Shown: one piece after another, positions 1 to 11,123 of the stretch
Layout: every line of letters begins with the position of its first letter
How positions within the stretch are numbered: position 1 is the stretch's first letter
Assembly: GCA_965140585.1 (NCBI GenBank)
Contig: OZ223264.1
Coordinates: forward strand, 576,001 to 640,000
Direction: 5' to 3'
Length of the DNA stretch: 64,000 nt
Origin: Spirochaetia bacterium
Lineage (GTDB): Bacteria > Spirochaetota > Spirochaetia > UBA9216
Notes under the pieces: model-generated
Seen by the model: the letters and a program-made list of their open reading frames with translations, nothing else
Databases searched by the model: none
What the model was told of the DNA's origin: nothing
Program-made: the position numbers and the translations under genes

Positions 1-789
1 TATTGTTGCAAAGCCTGAAGTCTTGTATATCCCCTGGTACAGGTAGGTTTCGTATCCTGTTTCTCCGTTTGAGAATCGTTTATAAATATTTTCCATCCCT
101 TCAAGTTCTGCAATGCTGGTTTTAAAGATAACTTCTGGATCTGGGTGAGCTATGAAAAGACCGTCGGCCTTTGTCACATAGGCATATCCGGTAGCTCCGA
201 TTTTTGAATCTTTTATAACCTGCCAGACGAAATCCAGCTTTGCTACCAATGCTGCTACACCTATGATAGTGCCGTCGTAATCAATGATTGGGGCGGCTAT
301 TGGGATCATTGGATTTCCCGACCCCTTGCTTATGACAGCTTCCCCGATATTGGTTTCGCCTTTAAGCGCTTTCTGCACGTAATCTCTTTCACTCAAATTA
401 ATCCCGATCATGGATGTGTTTGAGGAAGATACGGCTATTCCGTTGGTGTCAACAGTAACTATATTTTCATAGCTTTGACCGATATCCTCCGTATCTTTAA
501 TTTTTTTTAATTCATTATTTAGGATATCAAAACTAATCTCCCCAGCATGAGCCTGTATTGTTGTGTCTCCCAGAGCGATGACTCTGATTAATTTTTCTTC
601 CTTCAGAACCATGTTATTCAGTGATACAGCAAGTTCCTTGGTGCGCATAATAAGCTGTTCATGTTCTACATCTTTTATTCCGTCTGAAGCTTTGTTAAGC
701 GAAAGAATTCCGCTTAAAAGAAGAGATGTGATGAGTACGATGACTCCAATAAGGATTAGTTTTGTTCCAAGTTTAATGTTCTTCAACAT
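1..789 (-). CDS. Cache-domain membrane sensor, probably an MCP (N-terminal part; runs off the window start)
   Basis: Not in the ORF track because it is open-ended. ATG at 789 follows a GGAGG SD. Reads MLKNIKLGTKLILIGVIVLITSLLLSGILSL (TM), then dCache-like ...SERDYVQKALKG...SKGSGNPMIPIAAPI...GATGYAYVTKADGLFIAHPDP. Confidence 0.75.
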   Translation of the reverse strand, partial: MLKNIKLGTKLILIGVIVLITSLLLSGILSLNKASDGIKDVEHEQLIMRTKELAVSLNNMVLKEEKLIRVIALGDTTIQAHAGEISFDILNNELKKIKDTEDIGQSYENIVTVDTNGIAVSSSNTSMIGINLSERDYVQKALKGETNIGEAVISKGSGNPMIPIAAPIIDYDGTIIGVAALVAKLDFVWQVIKDSKIGATGYAYVTKADGLFIAHPDPEVIFKTSIAELEGMENIYKRFSNGETGYETYLYQGIYKTSGFATI

Positions 790-1109
790 AGTATCCCTCC
801 TTCCAGGGTAATTATTTTTGTGTGAATTGCTCACACAACTTTGATATAATCTCAAGTTCTATAATTTATTTTTGGAATACTTTGTTGATATAGATTAATT
901 TAATCCCTACTAATTTAGTTTTAATTATCGTAATTAATTTTCTAATAGTCAAATTAATTAGTGAAAATACGAAAAAAGCATTAGATAATTTATATATTTG
1001 CATTTTACTTCTGAAGAGTGGGGGGAGTATAATTTTGATAGTTTATATCAATTATTGTAGCTTGCGGACTGTCTACGACAGGGTTAAGATTATTGTTTCG
1101 GGGGGCAAA

Positions 1110-2870
1110 ATGGGTAAAAAGGGAATCTCTTTAAAAACAGTAATTGTATTGCTGTGTATTTTATTACCTACTGTTCCAGTACTGCTTGTAGGTCTGCTTG
1201 AAAATATTGAACTCTTAAAAATTATAATTTTCACAGCTGTTTTTTTTGCAGCCGGTCTTACCTCGGCGTTAATTATTAACACTAGTATTGGGAAATCCGT
1301 TAATGCTGTCCGTCATGTATCCATAGACCTGAAAAAGGCAGAACACGATGAAGGTGAGAACCATATTCTGTACAATGAACTAAGAGTTGTCTCTGAGCAT
1401 TTTGTAAATAATGTTCTTGGAAACGTCCGGAGAATCCTGACAGAAGCAGAGACCTGCCTTGGAACAACCGAAAATATCACCGAGATCCTTGATTATTACT
1501 CAAGGGATATAGGAAAGACCTCTGACGGCATAATTGATGATGTAGGAAAGATTCTTGAAGAGATGTCCGGATTTAAGAAACAGATCATAAGCGTTTCATT
1601 GGCTGTTACAGAGATTCTTGCTACTATAGAAGCACTGGTTGCTCATATTTCAACGCAGAGCAGTGCCATAACTCAGACCTCCGCTGCAATTGAAGAGATG
1701 ACTGCATCAATCAACAGCATTTCAAGGATTTCTGTAGAGAAGTCGAAATCAACCGATTTGTTAATAGATAAAGTAGAGCGGGGAAGGGAAACTATCGTCG
1801 ATTCAAATAATCAGATTAAAGAGATTTCTGCAGATGTCGACGGGATGATGAGCATAATCAGCGTAATCAACAGCATAGCCGCCCAGACCAATCTGCTTGC
1901 CATGAACGCTGCTATTGAAGCGGCACATGCAGGACAGTACGGAACAGGTTTTTCGGTTGTTGCTGATGAAATACGGAAGCTTGCCGAGTCGGCTTCTGTA
2001 AACGCCAAGATTATTGCAGGTTCTCTTAAGGATGTGAATGAGAAGATGGAGCATGTTCTTCATGCCGGAGAGGCCGGTGAAAAATCTTTTCTGGAAGTTG
2101 CAGATAAGGTGATGGATTTTGTTAATGCCTTTACCGAGATATCAAGCAGTACGGCAGAGGTTTCAAGCGGGAGTCGAGAGATTATAAATTCAGTTGGATC
2201 TCTTATACAGATCTCGGAGGAAATTTCGGGAGGTTCCGGAGAAATTGAGGTTAGCGCGAGAGCGATCCATACTTCTATCGATGCCCTGCAGGGTACCTAC
2301 GGGGCAATTCATGAGAAGGTTGCTGTTATTCAGACACGGGGTGAGGATGTTGGTCAGACTCAAGCCGATATGCTTAGAATACAGGGCTGGAATGATACCA
2401 ATATTAGTAAATTTTCTGCTAAGCTGAATAAACTTGAACTTTCCGGTGGAAATACCGCCGCAGGGGAGCGTATAACAGTTAAAGTCTCACAGTTGCTTTC
2501 TTCACATCTATGCTGGCTGAATGTTTCCGGGGCAATAATAACAAATATGGTTTTTCCGGATTGCCCCAAAATGGCTTGTGTCGAAGGTGCTCTTGATAAT
2601 GGAGATATAGACCTTGAGCTTGCAAAAAATTATAAAGGCTGTGTGATGGGTGAATGGTTGTATGGTGAAGGAAAGTTGTTTTTCGGGGACCATCCAATCT
2701 TTAATGATATTCTAAAAGAGCATGAAAAGTTTCACAGCAATATAGTACAGACAGACAGGGACATAAGAGAGGCAGATTTTAACACAGCATTCAGTTCTTT
2801 CAGAACCATCCGGACATCATACAACCGTCTGGTGATGCTTTTTATCGAACTTCTTGGAGAAGGATTCTGA
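1110..2870 (+). CDS. Methyl-accepting chemotaxis protein with C-terminal CZB (chemoreceptor zinc-binding) domain
   Basis: Two TMs; MCP tip [35 protein letters not shown]; CZB motifs HLCW...CVMGEW...HEKFH. Start moved to MGKKGISLK to match the paralog. Confidence 0.9.
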   Translation: MGKKGISLKTVIVLLCILLPTVPVLLVGLLENIELLKIIIFTAVFFAAGLTSALIINTSIGKSVNAVRHVSIDLKKAEHDEGENHILYNELRVVSEHFVNNVLGNVRRILTEAETCLGTTENITEILDYYSRDIGKTSDGIIDDVGKILEEMSGFKKQIISVSLAVTEILATIEALVAHISTQSSAITQTSAAIEEMTASINSISRISVEKSKSTDLLIDKVERGRETIVDSNNQIKEISADVDGMMSIISVINSIAAQTNLLAMNAAIEAAHAGQYGTGFSVVADEIRKLAESASVNAKIIAGSLKDVNEKMEHVLHAGEAGEKSFLEVADKVMDFVNAFTEISSSTAEVSSGSREIINSVGSLIQISEEISGGSGEIEVSARAIHTSIDALQGTYGAIHEKVAVIQTRGEDVGQTQADMLRIQGWNDTNISKFSAKLNKLELSGGNTAAGERITVKVSQLLSSHLCWLNVSGAIITNMVFPDCPKMACVEGALDNGDIDLELAKNYKGCVMGEWLYGEGKLFFGDHPIFNDILKEHEKFHSNIVQTDRDIREADFNTAFSSFRTIRTSYNRLVMLFIELLGEGF

Positions 2871-2904
2871 AGAAAATTTACCTATTCGCCTTTTTTATCC
2901 GGAT

Positions 2905-2931
2905 TCAGAAATAGACCATTTCTTCCGATAA
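2905..2931 (+). promoter_or_regulatory. Putative sigma-28 (FliA)-type promoter
   Basis: TCAG-N15-TCCGATAA versus consensus TAAA-N15-GCCGATAA, directly upstream of an MCP gene. Confidence 0.4.
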
Positions 2932-2963
2932 TATACCACGGATATATATTCGGAGGTTAATTT

Positions 2964-4760
2964 GTGTCAAAAAAAGGAATCTCGCTCAAATCAGCAATAA
3001 TACTTGTCTGTCTTCTGCTTTCAACACTGCCGCTCATCATTTCAGGATTAGCTGATACCTTTTTCTTCAATATTCAAGAGTGTAATGAAAGCTTCAGTTT
3101 TATAAAAAATGCTGTATTTATAGTTGTTTTTTTTGCTGTCGGTCTTGCCGCTGCACTTCTTCTGGCCGGGAGCCTGGAAAGAGCAATAAGGAATACCCTT
3201 CAGAAACCTGGAGAGTCTTCCGGTAATGAAGATAGCCTGAAGCAGATAAGCGTAAAATACAGAGAGCTGCGGGCGCTCTCTGATTATCTGAATAATGAAC
3301 TTTTAAACGGAATCAATCACACTCTGGCAGAGGCTAAAACCTGTGTTGATGCCAACAGCAACGTGAGCGTGATTCTTCGTGACTATTCAAATGATGTCGG
3401 GAATATTGCCGATGGAATTATACGTGATGTAGGCGGAATCCTGGATGAGATGTCCGGCTTTGAAAATCAGATACTAAGTGTATCTTCCGCTGTTACCCAA
3501 ATTCTCGCTACCATTGAGGCCCTTGTGTCCCACATTACCACCCAGAGCAGCGCTGTTACCCAGACTTCTGCGGCAATAGAGGAAATGACTGCTTCAATAA
3601 ACAGCATCTCCAGAATTTCCGTAGAAAAATCGAAATCTACTGACTTACTTATTGAAAAGGTTGAAAGCGGCAGACATACCATAGTAGATTCCAACACTCA
3701 GATTAAGGAAATATCATCTGATGTCGACGGAATGATGAGTATAATTAATGTAATTAATGGAATTGCCGCGCAGACCAATCTGCTTGCGATGAATGCCGCA
3801 ATTGAAGCTGCTCATGCAGGTCAGTATGGTATGGGCTTCTCGGTTGTTGCCGATGAAATACGAAAACTTGCCGAATCAGCCTCATCCAATGCCAAGATCA
3901 TTGCCGGTTCTCTGAAAGATATGAACGGAAAGATGGATAATGTTCTGCATGCCGGAGAGGCCGGTGAAAAAGCCTTTCTTGAGGTTGCAGACAAGGTAAT
4001 GGAGTTTGTAAACGCTTTTACAGAAATTACCCAGAGTACTGCTGAGGTGTCAACCGGGAGTCAGGAGATAGTCAGTTCTGTGGGATCGCTTATTCAGATC
4101 TCAGAGGAGATTTCAGGCGGTTCCGGTGAAATTGAAATAAGTGCAAGAGAGATTAACAATTCGGTTGAATCTCTTAAGGGCTCATATGGTCTCATTCAGA
4201 ACGAGGTTGCTGTAATTAATTCCAGAGCCAGGGATGTGGCGGAAGCCCAGTCCGATATGATAAAAATTATTGAATGGAACGATTCAAATATCAATACGAT
4301 AACTAGTGATCTGAAGAAATACAATATCAGCGATTCCATAAAGATTTCAAAGGAATCAGAGCTTACGGTTATTATTTCAGAACTGCTGACTACACACCTG
4401 AGCTGGCTTCAGGTCTGCGGTGCGGCAATAAGGCATATGGCTGTTCCTACTGATTCAAAGCTTCGGGGTATTCACGGGGTGGATAATGACGGAAACATTG
4501 ATATCAATAAAGCTTCGGATTACAGAGGCTGCGAGATGGGTGAGTGGTTGTTCGGCGAAGGCAGCAGCTTATTTGGTGGAAATCCGGTTTTTCAAAATAT
4601 TTTGGCTGAACATGAGAAATTCCACAATAATATTGTTAAGACTGCGGAGGATGTTCGGGGGGGCGATTTTAATGTGGCATTCAAATCTTTCAGAAGCATA
4701 AGAACTGCATTTAACAGGATTGTAATTCTGTTTATGGAGCTGCTTAGCGAACTACGCTGA
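2964..4760 (+). CDS. MCP with C-terminal CZB domain (tandem paralog of 1110-2870)
   Basis: GGAGG SD and GTG start; near-identical signalling domain; HLSW...CEMGEW...HEKFH. Confidence 0.9.
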   Translation: MSKKGISLKSAIILVCLLLSTLPLIISGLADTFFFNIQECNESFSFIKNAVFIVVFFAVGLAAALLLAGSLERAIRNTLQKPGESSGNEDSLKQISVKYRELRALSDYLNNELLNGINHTLAEAKTCVDANSNVSVILRDYSNDVGNIADGIIRDVGGILDEMSGFENQILSVSSAVTQILATIEALVSHITTQSSAVTQTSAAIEEMTASINSISRISVEKSKSTDLLIEKVESGRHTIVDSNTQIKEISSDVDGMMSIINVINGIAAQTNLLAMNAAIEAAHAGQYGMGFSVVADEIRKLAESASSNAKIIAGSLKDMNGKMDNVLHAGEAGEKAFLEVADKVMEFVNAFTEITQSTAEVSTGSQEIVSSVGSLIQISEEISGGSGEIEISAREINNSVESLKGSYGLIQNEVAVINSRARDVAEAQSDMIKIIEWNDSNINTITSDLKKYNISDSIKISKESELTVIISELLTTHLSWLQVCGAAIRHMAVPTDSKLRGIHGVDNDGNIDINKASDYRGCEMGEWLFGEGSSLFGGNPVFQNILAEHEKFHNNIVKTAEDVRGGDFNVAFKSFRSIRTAFNRIVILFMELLSELR

Positions 4761-5573
4761 TTATTCGCCTTTGAATTTCGGTTTTCTTTTCTGCTCACGG
4801 GCTGCGATGGCTTCCTCAAAATCATGAGTAGCCATCAGAGATATTGAGAGCTCTTTTTCAATCATCCTCGCATTGTCAATATTTCCATCTACAATGCCGT
4901 GGCTTACTATTTTTTTTACTCCCCTTATAGCCAGCGGCGGCTGATCCAGAAGTCTAATAATTATCATATCAACCTCTTCAAACAGTTTGTCCTTTGGAAA
5001 GACCCTGTTGACTATTCCCCACATGTGGGCTTCATCAGCTGATATTGCTTCTCCGAGAAGTATCATTTCCTTTGCTTTGTTGACAGTAACTTTTCTGGGC
5101 AGCCTTATTGCGCCGCCCCATCCGGGAACCAGCCCCATATTCACTTCGGGCAGTGAGAATTTTGAATCATCAGATGCGTAGATCATATCGCAGCACATTG
5201 CAATTTCAAAACCTCCTCCGATACAGAAGCCGTTTACTGCTGCAACTACCGGTTTGTACATTGATGCAATTGTTTCGCGTATCTCAACTCCGCGCTGGTA
5301 CATGGCTTCCTGTCCGGCCTCGTCAGTAAGTTCTACCAGATTGTCCAGCTGCCCTCCGGAGCTGAATGCCTTGTCGCCATATCCTCGAATGATTATCACA
5401 TGAATTGAATCATCGCCAGCCGCTTCTTTCAGGAATTCAATAAATTCAATCTGCATTACGGTTGATAGGGCATTAAGTTTTTCGGGATTATGAATAATCA
5501 GGTGGAGGACCTCATTATATTTTCCTGATCTCTCAGGGATTATTCTGTCGACTCTGTCAGATGCTTCCTGCAT
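4761..5573 (-). CDS. Enoyl-CoA hydratase/isomerase (crotonase family)
   Basis: NALS, AFSSGG, GFCIGGGFEIAMCCD, LPEVNMGLVPGWGG motifs; both catalytic Glu present. Confidence 0.9.
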   Translation of the reverse strand: MQEASDRVDRIIPERSGKYNEVLHLIIHNPEKLNALSTVMQIEFIEFLKEAAGDDSIHVIIIRGYGDKAFSSGGQLDNLVELTDEAGQEAMYQRGVEIRETIASMYKPVVAAVNGFCIGGGFEIAMCCDMIYASDDSKFSLPEVNMGLVPGWGGAIRLPRKVTVNKAKEMILLGEAISADEAHMWGIVNRVFPKDKLFEEVDMIIIRLLDQPPLAIRGVKKIVSHGIVDGNIDNARMIEKELSISLMATHDFEEAIAAREQKRKPKFKGE

Positions 5574-5579
5574 TATATT

Positions 5580-5624
5580 TCTCCAATTGATTAATCTTCT
5601 ATATATAAGTTAATCAATTGGAGA
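5580..5624. repeat. Perfect 15-bp-arm inverted repeat overlapping the crotonase SD/promoter
   Basis: TCTCCAATTGATTAA (5580-5594) and TTAATCAATTGGAGA (5610-5624). Confidence 0.8.
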
Positions 5625-5640
5625 GTCAATTTCTATAAAA

Positions 5641-7734
5641 TTATGAATGCAGATCCTCTTTATGAGTCACAAAGCGATCTGCTTCTGTATTTATTTCTCT
5701 CACATAGTCGGTATTCTGAATACTGAGACGATCGATATCCATGATTGCGCTGTTTATTTCGTGAATTCCCATGGCTATTTCTTCAATTCCGGTTCGTGTA
5801 ATCTGCCCAATCTCGTTAAGGTGGGAAACTGCTTCAACCAGCTGACCATTTCCGGCTTTCATTTCCTCTGCTCCGGTACTGACCTCGGTGGAGATAGTGT
5901 TCATCTGGTTCAAACCTTCAAGTATCTGCAGACTTCCGGTGTTTAGTTCCATCACCGATTCACCTATGAAAGAAAACCTCTGGTTAACGTTTACAATTGT
6001 ATCGGTCAGCTCAACAAAGCCCTGGTCTGTTTTTACAGCGGCATTTTTTACAGCATCAATAGATTTTTTTATATCTGTAAGATTCTTGCCTACTATAAGC
6101 GACTGCGCGGCTGCCTGTTCCGCAAGTTTTCTGATTTCATCTGCAACAACAGCGAAACCCTTGCCTGCATTTCCTGCATGAGCAGCTTCTATTGCGGCGT
6201 TCATTGCCAAAAGATTTGTCTGGCTTGATATGTTTGAAATAATTGTATTTGCATGAAGAAGCTGTTCCGACTTGTTTACAATTCCGCTTATTAGCTCAAC
6301 AACCTGAACAAGTGAAGTTTTTCCGGTTTCGGCCGCCCTGTTCATTTCGGCAACATCGTTTTCGGCAGTTCTGATTGTTCCTGAGATGGATGAAATACCG
6401 GCCGTCATCTGTTCTATTGCTGATGAGGACTGGGTTATGCTTGACTTCTGGCTGATAATTGCTCCGCTTAAAGAGTCTATGTTTCGTGCAAGTTCCTCAA
6501 TGGCAGCCGCAGTCTGGGTTGTGCTGGCATACTGTTTCTCTATCTGAACTTTGATGCTGTCGATATTGCTGTTAATCTGGTTTATTGCCGCTGCTGTTTC
6601 GGTAATATTGGCTCCCATGTCGTTACTCGAGACTGAAACCTTTGACAGCTTGTTTTTTACGCTGCTGAGAAAGTCTGAGAAATTTCCAAGCATTATATTG
6701 AAACTGTTAAAGATGCTTGATATTTCATCACTTCCCCTTGTTTCGAGTTTCAGTGTGAGATCTCCGTTGGAAGCATTCAGCAGGTTTTCCTCGATGTGTT
6801 TAATTCTCTTAATGATTACTGATGAGAGTACAAGAAAAAGAATTATGATTATTACTACTACACTTACAAGCGACGATATTATAATAGTCTTCTGAAGTGA
6901 CTGTGAAATTTTAAGCAGGTCGTCATAATATATACTGCAGCTGACAATCCAGGGCAGACTTTCCATAGAGTCAAATGCTGCAACCTTCTGGTCTCCCTGC
7001 CATAGATATTCAATGATGCCTCTTTTTTCGCCGCTGTTCAGAATTTCTCCAATCACACCGTCCCTGTTGTCTTTCATCAGCTGTGAAGCGTCGGGATGCA
7101 TATAAAGAAACCCGTTTTTACCGAAAACGAAGGCATAACCGCCTTCTCCATAGGTTTTATTTAATACATTATTTAAGGAGAACTTATTCAAATCTATCTG
7201 AACAACAACTACCCCTGTAAAAGTTCCGTTAACTATTACAGCTTTTGAAAACTCAAGCAGGAGATTTGATTTGAATGAAACAGGCAGGCTGGATATATAA
7301 GTTTTTGAAGGTTCCGCTTCTGCACGGAAGAATAGTTCTTTTGATGAAATATTTTCAGCTTCAGGTTTATCAGTTCCGGCCGAAGCTATGATAAATCCCT
7401 TTGAATCGGTTATTAAAATATTTCTGATGTAGTCATAATTTTCAGGCATCTGTTTAATAATACTGCCTGTTTCTTTGTAATTCGATGACGCCATACTGGC
7501 TTTGATAGACTGGTTTTCTGCAATAGAGGCGGTTAGCAAAGAAGTTAAAGATATGTTGCTGTCGAGTAATTCTTTAAGCTCCGAGACTCTTCTCTGAAGC
7601 TCCGTACTTTTGTCGGCTTTTGTGATCCTTTTTGCGTTCGAAGAGCTGATTATGGAAATTGAAGTAAAAACAATAACCAGGCAAATCACTACAGCAAGAC
7701 TCAATTTGAGGCTCAACCCTTTTTTAGTTTCCAT
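5641..7734 (-). CDS. MCP with dCache and HAMP domains
   Basis: TM-Cache ([17 protein letters not shown])-TM-HAMP ([11 protein letters not shown])-MCP tip ([24 protein letters not shown]). Confidence 0.92.
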   Translation of the reverse strand: METKKGLSLKLSLAVVICLVIVFTSISIISSSNAKRITKADKSTELQRRVSELKELLDSNISLTSLLTASIAENQSIKASMASSNYKETGSIIKQMPENYDYIRNILITDSKGFIIASAGTDKPEAENISSKELFFRAEAEPSKTYISSLPVSFKSNLLLEFSKAVIVNGTFTGVVVVQIDLNKFSLNNVLNKTYGEGGYAFVFGKNGFLYMHPDASQLMKDNRDGVIGEILNSGEKRGIIEYLWQGDQKVAAFDSMESLPWIVSCSIYYDDLLKISQSLQKTIIISSLVSVVVIIIILFLVLSSVIIKRIKHIEENLLNASNGDLTLKLETRGSDEISSIFNSFNIMLGNFSDFLSSVKNKLSKVSVSSNDMGANITETAAAINQINSNIDSIKVQIEKQYASTTQTAAAIEELARNIDSLSGAIISQKSSITQSSSAIEQMTAGISSISGTIRTAENDVAEMNRAAETGKTSLVQVVELISGIVNKSEQLLHANTIISNISSQTNLLAMNAAIEAAHAGNAGKGFAVVADEIRKLAEQAAAQSLIVGKNLTDIKKSIDAVKNAAVKTDQGFVELTDTIVNVNQRFSFIGESVMELNTGSLQILEGLNQMNTISTEVSTGAEEMKAGNGQLVEAVSHLNEIGQITRTGIEEIAMGIHEINSAIMDIDRLSIQNTDYVREINTEADRFVTHKEDLHS

Positions 7735-7923
7735 AGATAGATGAGATCCTTTTTTTTATTTAAGCATATAAATGAACGAAATGTTTATTTATAATATGGC
7801 TAAACAGGTTAAGTGTCAATGATAAAAAAAATCTGATTAAATTACTAAAAAATTTGGTTAATTTTTATCTTGATAAGAAGTTTGGATCCCCTTATTCTGT
7901 ATCAGAATAATAATGGAGTATTG

Positions 7924-8508
7924 ATGAAGAGAAAACTTGACGAAAATATCATCTACGAAGCCGCGCTTAAAAATTTCGCCAGGTACGGATACAGAAAAAC
8001 CTCGCTTGATGACATAGCATCAGAGCTTGAGATGACAAAGGGTAATCTTTACCGTTATTCGAACAACAAGCAGAGCCTCTATCAGGAGTGTATAAGGTAT
8101 GCTTTATATAAGTGGCTTGAGCATGTCCACGAAACTGTAAAGACTGTTGTCGATCCTGAACAGAAATTAAGAACAATGTGTGAAACCGCTCTTGTTTATC
8201 TGAATGAAAATTCACCGCTGATGGAGATGTTGAGTACGGATGAGAAAATAATGTCTCCGATTTTTAACAGTAATGTTTATAATGATGTATATGAAGATTC
8301 AAGGATAATGATTGCAGAGATTATCAGCAGTGGGGTTGAAGAGGGTGTTTTCAAGGAAGATCTTAAAGTTAAGGAAATCTCGGAGATTATTTATACTCTC
8401 TACCAGACTTTTCTGATGATGGCTTACCGTCAGGGAAAATACAGGTATGTGTCTGATTTCTATTCAGTTACTATCGAACTGCTTCTAAATGGAATAAAAA
8501 CAAAATAA
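7924..8508 (+). CDS. TetR/AcrR family transcriptional regulator
   Basis: AALKNFARYGYRKTSLDDIASELEMTKGNLYRY HTH; GGAG SD before ATG 7924. Confidence 0.9.
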   Translation: MKRKLDENIIYEAALKNFARYGYRKTSLDDIASELEMTKGNLYRYSNNKQSLYQECIRYALYKWLEHVHETVKTVVDPEQKLRTMCETALVYLNENSPLMEMLSTDEKIMSPIFNSNVYNDVYEDSRIMIAEIISSGVEEGVFKEDLKVKEISEIIYTLYQTFLMMAYRQGKYRYVSDFYSVTIELLLNGIKTK

Positions 8509-8537
8509 ATTTACAAAATAACTCAGGGGGGAAAAAG

Positions 8538-9644
8538 ATGGGCAAATCAAAGGTATTTTTTGCAGACATGCATGTAACCGGCAGGGAGAATCTTCAGCAG
8601 AAACTTGAAAGACTGATTAAAACCGCAGGTATAGAGGATATTGATTTTTCAAAGAAGTATGCAGCTGTTAAAATACATTTCGGGGAGCTTGGAAACCTCG
8701 CATATCTGCGTCCGAATTATTCTCGTACGGTTGCAGATGTAATTAGGCAGCTGGGCGGCAAGCCTTTTCTAACCGACTGCAATACACTTTACGTCGGCGG
8801 CAGAAAGAATGCCCTTGATCATCTTGATACCGCCTACATAAACGGATACTCTCCGTTTTCGACCGGTTGCCAAATCCTTATTGCCGACGGGCTGAAAGGA
8901 ACTGACGAACAGCTGGTACCTGTTCCTTCCGGTGAGTATGTAAAGGAAGCAAAAATCGGCCGCGCTGTAATGGATGCTGATATAGTGATTTCGCTGAGTC
9001 ATTTCAAGGGGCATGAGCTCGCAGGATTCGGCGGTGCTATCAAAAATATCGGTATGGGCTGCGGTTCCAGGGCCGGCAAGATGGAAATGCACAGTGCCGG
9101 CAAACCGAGTGTAAGAACGGGTGACTGTATAGGCTGCGGTGCCTGCCTGAAGATCTGTGCACACGGTGCGATAAGCATTACCGATAAAAAGGCGTCCATA
9201 AACCATGAAAACTGCGTAGGCTGCGGGATGTGTATCGGCCGCTGTCCTGTTGATGCAATAGAGCCTGTTTTTAATGAGTCAAATTCAGTTCTCAACGCTA
9301 AAATGGCCGAATATACCTGGGCGGTTCTTAATGGACGGCCCCACTTTCATATCAGCCTTGTTGTGGATGTTTCTCCGTACTGTGACTGCCATGCCGAGAA
9401 TGATATACCAATCGTGCCCAATGTCGGCATGTTCGCTTCTTTTGATCCTGTAGCCCTTGATGTGGCCTGTGCCGATGCCGTCAACCGTCAGCCGGTAATA
9501 GCCGGCAGTGTTCTTGAAAAGCATGGAACTGCTCATAATGATCATTTTACTGATGTAAGTCCTGAAACAGACTGGATGACTGCAATAGATCACGCGGTCA
9601 AGCTTGGAATCGGAAGTAAGGAATATGAACTTATTAAGATTTAA
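8538..9644 (+). CDS. DUF362-type Fe-S protein with 2x[4Fe-4S] ferredoxin domain
   Basis: KIHFGE, SHFKGHELAGFGGAIKNIGMGC; two CxxCxxCxxxC motifs; CDC. Confidence 0.85.
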   Translation: MGKSKVFFADMHVTGRENLQQKLERLIKTAGIEDIDFSKKYAAVKIHFGELGNLAYLRPNYSRTVADVIRQLGGKPFLTDCNTLYVGGRKNALDHLDTAYINGYSPFSTGCQILIADGLKGTDEQLVPVPSGEYVKEAKIGRAVMDADIVISLSHFKGHELAGFGGAIKNIGMGCGSRAGKMEMHSAGKPSVRTGDCIGCGACLKICAHGAISITDKKASINHENCVGCGMCIGRCPVDAIEPVFNESNSVLNAKMAEYTWAVLNGRPHFHISLVVDVSPYCDCHAENDIPIVPNVGMFASFDPVALDVACADAVNRQPVIAGSVLEKHGTAHNDHFTDVSPETDWMTAIDHAVKLGIGSKEYELIKI

Positions 9645-9660
9645 ACAGCAGACACTACTG

Positions 9661-9705
9661 TAATAAAAAAGGGCTCTCCGGCAATACCGGGAGCCCTTTT
9701 ATTAT
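9661..9705. terminator. Bidirectional intrinsic terminator
   Basis: AAAAAAGGGCTCTCCGG-CAATA-CCGGGAGCCCTTTT between convergent genes. Confidence 0.8.
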
Positions 9706-9721
9706 CAGTACGGATTTAATA

Positions 9722-10984
9722 CTATTCCGCATCTACTTTGAGTACGGTATTGAGCAGAACGGTTGCACCCTCGGTACAGTGCTCCGGTGTTGAGTATTCC
9801 GGCTCACAGTGGGAAAGGCCGTCCTTTGACTGAACAAAAATCATTGTTGTAGGCATCATGTATGATGCGAACTGTGCATCATGACCGGCACCTGAATGGA
9901 GAACCATGTGAGATGAACCTGCTTCTTCGGCTGCTTCTTTTGCATATCCAAAAAGGGTTTTGTCCCAGTATACGGTGTCGCGGTTCCACATTTTTTCCAC
10001 TTCGCAACGGCATCCGGCCCACTGCTTATCTGCACAGCCCTTAACTATTGCCAGAACCTGTTCAAGAACTTCCGGTTTTTCATGGCGGACATCAATACAG
10101 AAATCAACATAATCGGGAACACAGGTGTGTACGTTCGGATGAAGTACGATTTCACCAGTTGTGTAAACAAGTTCGGGGTATCCGAGTTTGTCTATCTCTT
10201 CATGCAGATGCATAATGGTCTGTGAAGCGGCAAATAGGGCATCTTTTCTCTTGGGCATCGGGAAGGTTCCCGCATGCACAGTCTGTCCGTAGAACCTGAA
10301 GCGGTAGTTGAACATTCCAAGCACACAGTCAACTATACCGACATCTTTTCCTGCATCTTCAAGGATTGGCCCCTGCTCAATATGGATTTCGAACATGCAT
10401 TTATAGTTGTCTTTATTGAGACGGAATTTTTTGTCACCCTTGAACCCGGAACGATCGAGCGCAGCGCCGAATGTGTCTTCGCCGTCAAGGACACTCTTTG
10501 ATTTCATCATATCTTCATACTTAAACTTGCCTTTGATTGCATCAGGAAGATAATCGTAGCAGACGATTCCTGAAACCATCATTGCAGGCGGATAAAGTGA
10601 ACCTTCTTCATTCGTCCAAATCATTGCGGTAAGCGGATGTTTATGAGGGATGTTCTGATCGACTACGGCTTCAAGAACTTCCATTGCCGACATTACTCCG
10701 AGAATACCGTCGTAATTTCCGCCGTTCTTTACAGAATCCGTATGCGAGCCCATTACAATTCGTTTTGCATCGGGATCGCTGCCGGGAAGTGTCGCATACA
10801 TATTTGCAACATCATCAACCTCTATAACTGCACCTATTGCTTCCATTCGTTTTTTGAACTCATTTCTTGCAAGGGTATCTTCGGGAGAAAGGGTATATCT
10901 TGTGATTCCGCCGTGACCGGCATCCCCGAATTTACTGAAAGTTGTAATCTTGTCTGTCATTCTTTCAAGACTGCATTTATACAT
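9722..10984 (-). CDS. M20-family Zn-dependent hydrolase (N-carbamoyl-amino acid/allantoate amidohydrolase, beta-ureidopropionase-like)
   Basis: GSHTDSV, GNYDGILGV, WTNEEG, EIHIEQGP, SGAGHDA, GLSHCEPE. Confidence 0.88.
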   Translation of the reverse strand: MYKCSLERMTDKITTFSKFGDAGHGGITRYTLSPEDTLARNEFKKRMEAIGAVIEVDDVANMYATLPGSDPDAKRIVMGSHTDSVKNGGNYDGILGVMSAMEVLEAVVDQNIPHKHPLTAMIWTNEEGSLYPPAMMVSGIVCYDYLPDAIKGKFKYEDMMKSKSVLDGEDTFGAALDRSGFKGDKKFRLNKDNYKCMFEIHIEQGPILEDAGKDVGIVDCVLGMFNYRFRFYGQTVHAGTFPMPKRKDALFAASQTIMHLHEEIDKLGYPELVYTTGEIVLHPNVHTCVPDYVDFCIDVRHEKPEVLEQVLAIVKGCADKQWAGCRCEVEKMWNRDTVYWDKTLFGYAKEAAEEAGSSHMVLHSGAGHDAQFASYMMPTTMIFVQSKDGLSHCEPEYSTPEHCTEGATVLLNTVLKVDAE

Positions 10985-11123
10985 AAAAACCACCTTAAGA
11001 TCTGTTTATAACAGGATATGCCCATATCGAGATTCGGGCAAGGGAAAATAAAATATTTGACTTTCAATAATAAAAAATTAGAATATAGTATAGAACTTAT
11101 TCGGTGAAGCTCGGGGTCATTGC

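Noticed and set aside
10995-11045. Riboswitch in the leader of the M20 hydrolase
   Set aside because: Only two short hairpins are visible; I could not recognise any conserved aptamer motif.
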